A DNA stretch of 37,912 nucleotides from Dirinaria sp. TL-2023a. Lineage: Eukaryota. The position numbers were made by a program, and so were the translations under genes. The notes under the pieces are model-generated. The model saw nothing but the letters and a program-made list of their open reading frames with translations. It did not search any database and was not told where the DNA came from. The DNA is taken from assembly GCA_051941275.1 (NCBI GenBank), contig JAVEBF010000057.1:1-37912 (forward strand). Direction: 5' to 3'. This document shows, one piece after another, positions 32,216 through 37,912 of the stretch (positions within the stretch are counted from its first letter, which is position 1; each line of letters begins with the position of its first letter).

Positions 32216-35200
32216 ATGACATCTCGCCAAAGATCTTCCTCAGCACGCTCGAACGCTTCAGAGATCAGTCAAAGGCAAACTTCCACCCCGTCTCCCTCAG
32301 CTTATCCGCAACATCTTCCAGGGTCCTCAGTTCCAGAGGATCTGATCCTGAATGATGTACCAACATATGGCATGAATCAAGCTCAGTCGTCTCTCTTGAT
32401 CCCATCGCAAGGCACTGGCTCGCCCTACCCGGCCATTTCAGGCAGCTCCACTCAATCGCCCGGTACTGGGACTCAAAGACCACGCGCCAGCACAGCCGTA
32501 GATCAGCTCAGCAGCCAGCAAGGCGGTTACCGGGCACAATTCCGTGGAGGAGTGATAGCACCAGCGTATGCATATCAACAGAGGCACGCATCGGCTGCTC
32601 AAATGACGGAGACACGAGCTCCATACATACCGGGCCCCCCGCCCCAGACGCTTGCAGCATCACAATCCCAGAACCACATGATTCCTCTTCCCCCTCCGCC
32701 GCCACGACCACCCGCAATGACCATGTCACATACCGTGGTTCCGCCGCCTCCTCCCGGCCCACCACCTAGCGCGTCGCAAGGATTGTCTGCGGCGTATGGC
32801 CAACAAGATTGGGCAAGGCCACAAGGATATCTGCCACCTCCACCTCCACTACCTCCCATGAACTCAAGCCAGACTATTGCCCAACCAAGCACATATAATC
32901 CAAACCATAGCTATCAGAGCCGGCCCCCGGCTCCTTTGGCTATACCTTCTCAAAGCTCCCATAGCGAGGCCCGTGCGCTGACTTCGGCTACGTACATACC
33001 TGAAGGCGACTCGTTTGGTCCAGGCGTAGGGATTCCTGCCCTTCACTCTAACTTCGATTGGAGCGATAGCGCGGATGTCTATAGCAACCCAGAACCGCCA
33101 GCGCGACCGCTACCGGTGAACCAGCGGCATGGTGATGACTTCACATCCACTGCATCGCCAAATAAGGAACTGCCTGGCTACAGCAATTCCTATAACCATT
33201 CAGTTCCCCAGACGCCACTGAATCGACAGCAGTTCTTCCCCATCACACAGGAGTCCAATAATTTTGCGACGTCGGCGAATTCCAGTGCACCGCAGCAAAA
33301 TTTGCATGCTCGTACGTCGACATCATCCCACCAAGATCCGCCTTCCCACGGTGCGCGTAAGTATACAGCTGGTAGCACTCCGTCAAACACTGCTTCACCC
33401 AGCGACTCGTCACAGCAATGGCCAATTGACCGGGTGCTGATATGGCTCGCGGCGAAGGGCTTTTCCAATGATTGGCAGGAAGCCTTCAAATCTTTAGACA
33501 TCCAGGGAGATAGCTTCCTCGACTTAGGCCGTGGAACGGGTGGAAGGGGCAATTTTGGCATGATGCATCAAATGGTCTACCCGAGGCTGGCTCGCGAATG
33601 TAGCAAGAGCGGCACTGGATGGGATCAATCGCGAGAGCGAGACGAAGGCAAGCGTATGCGGCGATTGATCAGGATGATCGTCGACGGTAACGAAGCCCCA
33701 CCTAAGTCATCTCATCATGCGAGACGAGAAAGTACGCAAATCACACCGAGTGCCTCAACCGAAGGAGGCGTTGATAATTCGCCTAACCTCGGTCGTCAAG
33801 ACGGGTTTCCGCCTGCGCTGGGCACTACAGTTGGGGGTGAAGAAAGCCCTGGACGTCACATGGGTTATAGGTCTCCTGGGCCCGGCATCAGCAATCAGAG
33901 AATGAAGTCTAACAGCCGTAGCAGCACGGCTCCGTCGGTATATGGCCACGCTGGGGCTATTACTAGTGAGTCAAACGTCGCTGAAAATGGACAGCCGGCT
34001 CAGGGACGCACTGGCTTTACTCGAAGCATACTAAATGGAATCAATGATGCTGCCGCCAAGCGCCATAGTCCTAGTGCTTCTAGTGAGACAGGAGCCACAG
34101 GGCCTACTTTTCTTGGAGATGTCGCTCGTGCTGGCTACGATGCTAGCCCTCAAAGCGGAAGTCCATCAGCTCAACATGCCATTTTATCTTCCTCGGCCGG
34201 AAGCGCAACGTTATCAGCACCTCCTCATGGCCGTTATGGTCACCGTAAGACCAACAGTACAGATTCGATGACTTCAGCACAAGGGGCTAATTCCTACACT
34301 CGTCGCAACGCTCATGATGGTCATCGGCCGCCCGCGCTTGACGTACTGGGAAGATCAACTAGCCACGATACTCCGACAAGTGCGAAAGAACAAAGCAAAG
34401 GCTTCTTGGACCGTTTCAAGAGGCGTAAGAAAGATGAGTCCAGCCATCCGTCTCCAGAAGATCACAATCTGGAGTCTCCCACGAGTCCTCAAAACTATCG
34501 CCATATTCCCCCAAGTCTGCCGTTTCTACGAGCGGGGCTTAACAACAGCAATACCTCGCTCGATAGGCCATCATCAGCGTCGACGATGTCCGAGCAAGAT
34601 AAATACTTCAAAGATAGGACTCTTCAGCGGTCAAATCAAGGAAGGAAGTATGTTTTCGTCACACCAGATCAGTACAATTATCGCTTAGTCGACATTACGG
34701 ATGCAGAATCAGCAGACGCTACGAGGGAAATCGTTTGCAAGGCCATAAACATCCTCGATGCTGATCTGGCTCAAATCTTTCTTACAGATGCAGGGCAGAT
34801 TGAGCATGATGAACCTTTAACAGACTCGATGCTTACACTGGTAAAAAACACTAAAGCGGACTCTCACGGCGGTTTGAAGCTGTACATTCGCCGGCCTGCT
34901 ACCTCGGCTGGCTTGTATCCTCATCCACTATCAGCAGGCTTGGGCATCGGTATTTCACCTAAAATACATTCACCACCAGTCAATGGGCGTATGCGCTCGA
35001 AGTCTCCGCCAATGAGTTCAAGGCAGTCGACGCTCAAAGGGAACAGTGCTTCCGTTCGTGATAGCGTTACCCCACCTGCTGAGGATACCGACCCGACTCT
35101 ATTACCAGTAGCCGAGTCCTACATGGACGAACATGCCAAAGAACGTTTCAATATTCTGAAAGCCGCTCACGAGAGCGGAACATTGTCAGATGCCGCATGG

Positions 35201-37897
35201 CTAGAGATTGCTACGGCGGAACATCGTCGTGCGACGGAGAAGAAGCACAAGGCATATCTACAAGACAAGCAAACGAGACTTAGGAAGGATGTGTCTCCGG
35301 CTGATTCTGGGCACTGGAGCATTAAGCGTGACGGTGTGATCGACTTTGATGCTCCAAGGGTCTCGCCGTACGAGGACAAGAAGCCTGAACCGATCTTGGT
35401 CCCTATGCGCAAACCACCACCCGTTCCGCCGGAGTCTAATACACTTATCAAAGCCAACTCGCTGACAAAGAAGGCAGGCGATAGAGTCCGCCAGTCGGTC
35501 AGCGGTTCTGAAGCGGTGAATCGCCGGTCTCTAGGTAATCCAATCCCTGAGGAGCTGATGGAGCGTGGGCGTCGAAAAGCAGTAGCCGCCACCCCGTCAG
35601 TAAGCGCTGGTGTTGGTCAGGCTCTGGCCAATGCTGGTGCTGCGGCTAGCACAATCTCCTCGATGGGCAACTCCAAGGGCTCATCACCCGGCGTGGACTC
35701 AGATGGCAAGCCTTTGCGCGCTCTTCAGTCGGTCGACTTCGGAGGACGGAGAAGCAGCCCAGGTGGGTCTCCCCGAAGTCCTGGCTTCACGTACGGTAAA
35801 AACAATATGCTCTTCAAAATACCTGACTATGAAGAAGGCATGACTGAATCAGTTGCCGATCAAGGTCCGGATCCTGCACGGGAAAAGCCGAAGAACCCGT
35901 CAATAGAGCATATGCGTAGAGAGCCGTCACCACAAGTAAGCCCAAGTACGGCAAACCCGCCTTCACGAAGATTTTCAGCATTGTCAACCCGAAGATCATA
36001 TGGGCCGGCTTTCACCTTCAAAGAGAGCGAGGTCACTTTCGCAAGTCGGGCGCAACAAGAACAAAATTCTGATGGAGACTCCGATGACGGCCTTTTCGCC
36101 GTACCCATTGGCAAGTCAATGTCCACAAAATCGTCGACTGGCAATATCAGCTCCAACGACGAGATCAATCCACAAGCGAGACCGACACTGACACTCAATA
36201 CCGACTCTACAACTCGGCAAAAGAAAGGCAGATCGGTTTCATTCCAGACCCCCGAGACGAATGCCAGCAACTCTACCACTGGTACCGGAGAATTGGATGA
36301 CGATGGCCATGCTGCCCAGCACACAGCTGATCGACAGCATCCTGACTCCGCTCACTCTGGGTCCACTTCTACACAGTCGCCAGATGCAGCCGCGAAGTTG
36401 ATGCGACGGCAGTCATTCGCAAGAGACGATGTTTGGGCCAACCGTCCACCAGCAGAAGACTTGCTGGATAATCTTGATGCCTTCTTCCCAAACCTTGATC
36501 TTGATCAGCCTGTGCTCGAGGATCTTGTGCCGTCACCCACCTCCCCAGGGCCCGATCAGGATTCTGCGCCATCTAATGCTACTGGCCCACATACACTTGC
36601 TCAACGGCTCATCCGCTCATCCTTGTATGATAGACCGCGTCCTACTTCTATCGCGGAGGAGCCAATTGCCGAAGAACCTGGGACCTTGGGCTCGGAAGAA
36701 TCGACACTAAAGAGTAGAGTAACACTGCAATCAGTAGCTCAGAAGAACATGCGCAAATCAGTAGGCTTAGGTCGTATGAAGTCCATAAGAGATGTCGCCA
36801 GAGACGCCTACGATGGGTCCAAACGCCGTAGCGTTCAACCGTCGGCCGCTCGCTCCAGCGACATCATTCGCCGCAAGTCGACCAAAATGTTCGGCGCCAA
36901 CATTGTACAGATCAAGCCAGGCCGCAACCACCGCGTCAGTTTGATCGAAGCCGTACCTCCGAACATGCCCGTCGGCCCCAATTCTTTCCAGATCGCGCGA
37001 GGCCAACTCATCGGCAAGGGCAGCTACGGCCGCGTCTATCTCGGCATGAACTTGACCACTGGCGACCTCCTCGCGGTGAAGCAAGTGGAAGTGAAACACA
37101 ACGCTGGCGTCGGGCAAGACAAAGACAAAATGAAGGAGATGGTCGCCGCGCTCGATCAGGAAATCGACACCATGCAGCATCTCGAGCACTGTAACATAGT
37201 GCAGTACCTCGGCTGCGAACGCAAAGAGTACTCCATCTCCATCTTCCTGGAATACATCCCCGGAGGCAGCATCGGGTCCTGCCTGCGCAAACACGGCAAA
37301 TTCGACGAATCGCTCGTCAAAAGCATGACGCGGCAAACCCTGTCGGGGCTGGCCTACCTGCACCAGGAAGGCGTGCTGCACCGCGACCTCAAAGCCGACA
37401 ACATCCTCCTCGACACGGACGGGACGTGCAAGATCTCCGATTTCGGCATCAGCAAGAAGACGGACAACATCTACGGCAACGACGTCACGAACAGCATGCA
37501 AGGCTCGGTGTTCTGGATGGCGCCCGAAGTGGTGCGCTCGCAGGGGCAGGGGTACAGCGCCAAAGTCGACATCTGGTCCCTGGGTTGCGTCGTGCTGGAG
37601 ATGTTCGCGGGGCGCCGGCCCTGGTCCAAGGAAGAAGCCGTCGGCGCCATCTACAAGCTCGGCAGCCTGAACGAGGCCCCGCCCATCCCGGACGACGTCT
37701 CCAGCAGCGTCAGCCCCGTCGCCATCGGCTTCATGAGCAACTGCTTCACCATCGACCCGCGCGAGCGGCCCACCGCCGAGATCCTGCTCACTCAGGACCC
37801 GTTCTGCAAGATCGACCCAGATTACAATTTCTTGGATACGGAGCTGCATCATCGTATCAAGGATATGAAGGAGAGTGTCAAGTATCCCGGGCGATAG
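32216..37897 (+). CDS. BCK1: Cell-wall-integrity MAP kinase kinase kinase Bck1/Mkh1 (STE11 family), 1893 aa, single ORF
   Basis: C-terminal kinase domain: GQLIGKGSYGRVY, AVKQVE, FLEYIPGGS, HRDLKADN, DFG, SMQGSVFWMAPE. Bck1-type blocks: TSATYIPEGDSFGPGVGIP, SAM-like WPIDRVLIWL, WANRPPAE.L..NLDAFFP, RRKSTKMFG. Confidence 0.97.
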   Translation: MTSRQRSSSARSNASEISQRQTSTPSPSAYPQHLPGSSVPEDLILNDVPTYGMNQAQSSLLIPSQGTGSPYPAISGSSTQSPGTGTQRPRASTAVDQLSSQQGGYRAQFRGGVIAPAYAYQQRHASAAQMTETRAPYIPGPPPQTLAASQSQNHMIPLPPPPPRPPAMTMSHTVVPPPPPGPPPSASQGLSAAYGQQDWARPQGYLPPPPPLPPMNSSQTIAQPSTYNPNHSYQSRPPAPLAIPSQSSHSEARALTSATYIPEGDSFGPGVGIPALHSNFDWSDSADVYSNPEPPARPLPVNQRHGDDFTSTASPNKELPGYSNSYNHSVPQTPLNRQQFFPITQESNNFATSANSSAPQQNLHARTSTSSHQDPPSHGARKYTAGSTPSNTASPSDSSQQWPIDRVLIWLAAKGFSNDWQEAFKSLDIQGDSFLDLGRGTGGRGNFGMMHQMVYPRLARECSKSGTGWDQSRERDEGKRMRRLIRMIVDGNEAPPKSSHHARRESTQITPSASTEGGVDNSPNLGRQDGFPPALGTTVGGEESPGRHMGYRSPGPGISNQRMKSNSRSSTAPSVYGHAGAITSESNVAENGQPAQGRTGFTRSILNGINDAAAKRHSPSASSETGATGPTFLGDVARAGYDASPQSGSPSAQHAILSSSAGSATLSAPPHGRYGHRKTNSTDSMTSAQGANSYTRRNAHDGHRPPALDVLGRSTSHDTPTSAKEQSKGFLDRFKRRKKDESSHPSPEDHNLESPTSPQNYRHIPPSLPFLRAGLNNSNTSLDRPSSASTMSEQDKYFKDRTLQRSNQGRKYVFVTPDQYNYRLVDITDAESADATREIVCKAINILDADLAQIFLTDAGQIEHDEPLTDSMLTLVKNTKADSHGGLKLYIRRPATSAGLYPHPLSAGLGIGISPKIHSPPVNGRMRSKSPPMSSRQSTLKGNSASVRDSVTPPAEDTDPTLLPVAESYMDEHAKERFNILKAAHESGTLSDAAWLEIATAEHRRATEKKHKAYLQDKQTRLRKDVSPADSGHWSIKRDGVIDFDAPRVSPYEDKKPEPILVPMRKPPPVPPESNTLIKANSLTKKAGDRVRQSVSGSEAVNRRSLGNPIPEELMERGRRKAVAATPSVSAGVGQALANAGAAASTISSMGNSKGSSPGVDSDGKPLRALQSVDFGGRRSSPGGSPRSPGFTYGKNNMLFKIPDYEEGMTESVADQGPDPAREKPKNPSIEHMRREPSPQVSPSTANPPSRRFSALSTRRSYGPAFTFKESEVTFASRAQQEQNSDGDSDDGLFAVPIGKSMSTKSSTGNISSNDEINPQARPTLTLNTDSTTRQKKGRSVSFQTPETNASNSTTGTGELDDDGHAAQHTADRQHPDSAHSGSTSTQSPDAAAKLMRRQSFARDDVWANRPPAEDLLDNLDAFFPNLDLDQPVLEDLVPSPTSPGPDQDSAPSNATGPHTLAQRLIRSSLYDRPRPTSIAEEPIAEEPGTLGSEESTLKSRVTLQSVAQKNMRKSVGLGRMKSIRDVARDAYDGSKRRSVQPSAARSSDIIRRKSTKMFGANIVQIKPGRNHRVSLIEAVPPNMPVGPNSFQIARGQLIGKGSYGRVYLGMNLTTGDLLAVKQVEVKHNAGVGQDKDKMKEMVAALDQEIDTMQHLEHCNIVQYLGCERKEYSISIFLEYIPGGSIGSCLRKHGKFDESLVKSMTRQTLSGLAYLHQEGVLHRDLKADNILLDTDGTCKISDFGISKKTDNIYGNDVTNSMQGSVFWMAPEVVRSQGQGYSAKVDIWSLGCVVLEMFAGRRPWSKEEAVGAIYKLGSLNEAPPIPDDVSSSVSPVAIGFMSNCFTIDPRERPTAEILLTQDPFCKIDPDYNFLDTELHHRIKDMKESVKYPGR

Positions 37898-37912
37898 GGA
37901 TTCCTATACATT

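Noticed and set aside
31719..32219. 166-aa ORF whose stop overlaps the BCK1 ATG (ATGA)
   Set aside because: TTG start, no recognisable domain, and translational coupling is not expected in a fungal nuclear gene; probably BCK1 promoter or 5'UTR.
36767..37852. 361-aa antisense ORF over the BCK1 kinase domain
   Set aside because: Shadow ORF caused by high GC3 on the sense strand.

Overview
Intron-rich filamentous ascomycete (Pezizomycotina) genomic DNA. Introns are mostly 45-60 nt GT-AG with CTRAY-type branch sites; all gene models were spliced by hand. Conserved genes in order: QDE-2-like Argonaute (-), RNA14/CstF-77 (-), ASF1 (+), AIF/AMID-like flavoprotein (+), SRO7/Lgl-tomosyn (-), pyruvate decarboxylase (+), THUMP protein TAN1 (+), an APH/choline-kinase-fold protein (+) and the MAPKKK BCK1 (+). 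Between ASF1 and SRO7 lies an accessory zone (~12.9-21.4 kb). It holds two tandem, highly diverged small Cys/His-motif paralogs with conserved upstream blocks, a secreted Gly-rich/Cys-rich effector-like gene, a stop-interrupted pseudogene and the AIF-like gene. A ~160-bp degenerate direct repeat of the second paralog's 3' end reappears about 6.4 kb downstream and brackets the last three genes. Three RNA-metabolism genes carry abnormally long introns that hint at regulated isoforms: a second in-frame start inside the 729-nt Argonaute intron, an RNA14 last intron open in frame for ~100 codons, and a TAN1 intron with internal splice signals and a stem. I found no tRNA, rRNA, CRISPR or recognisable transposase. 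No database searches were run; family calls rest on recognised motifs.
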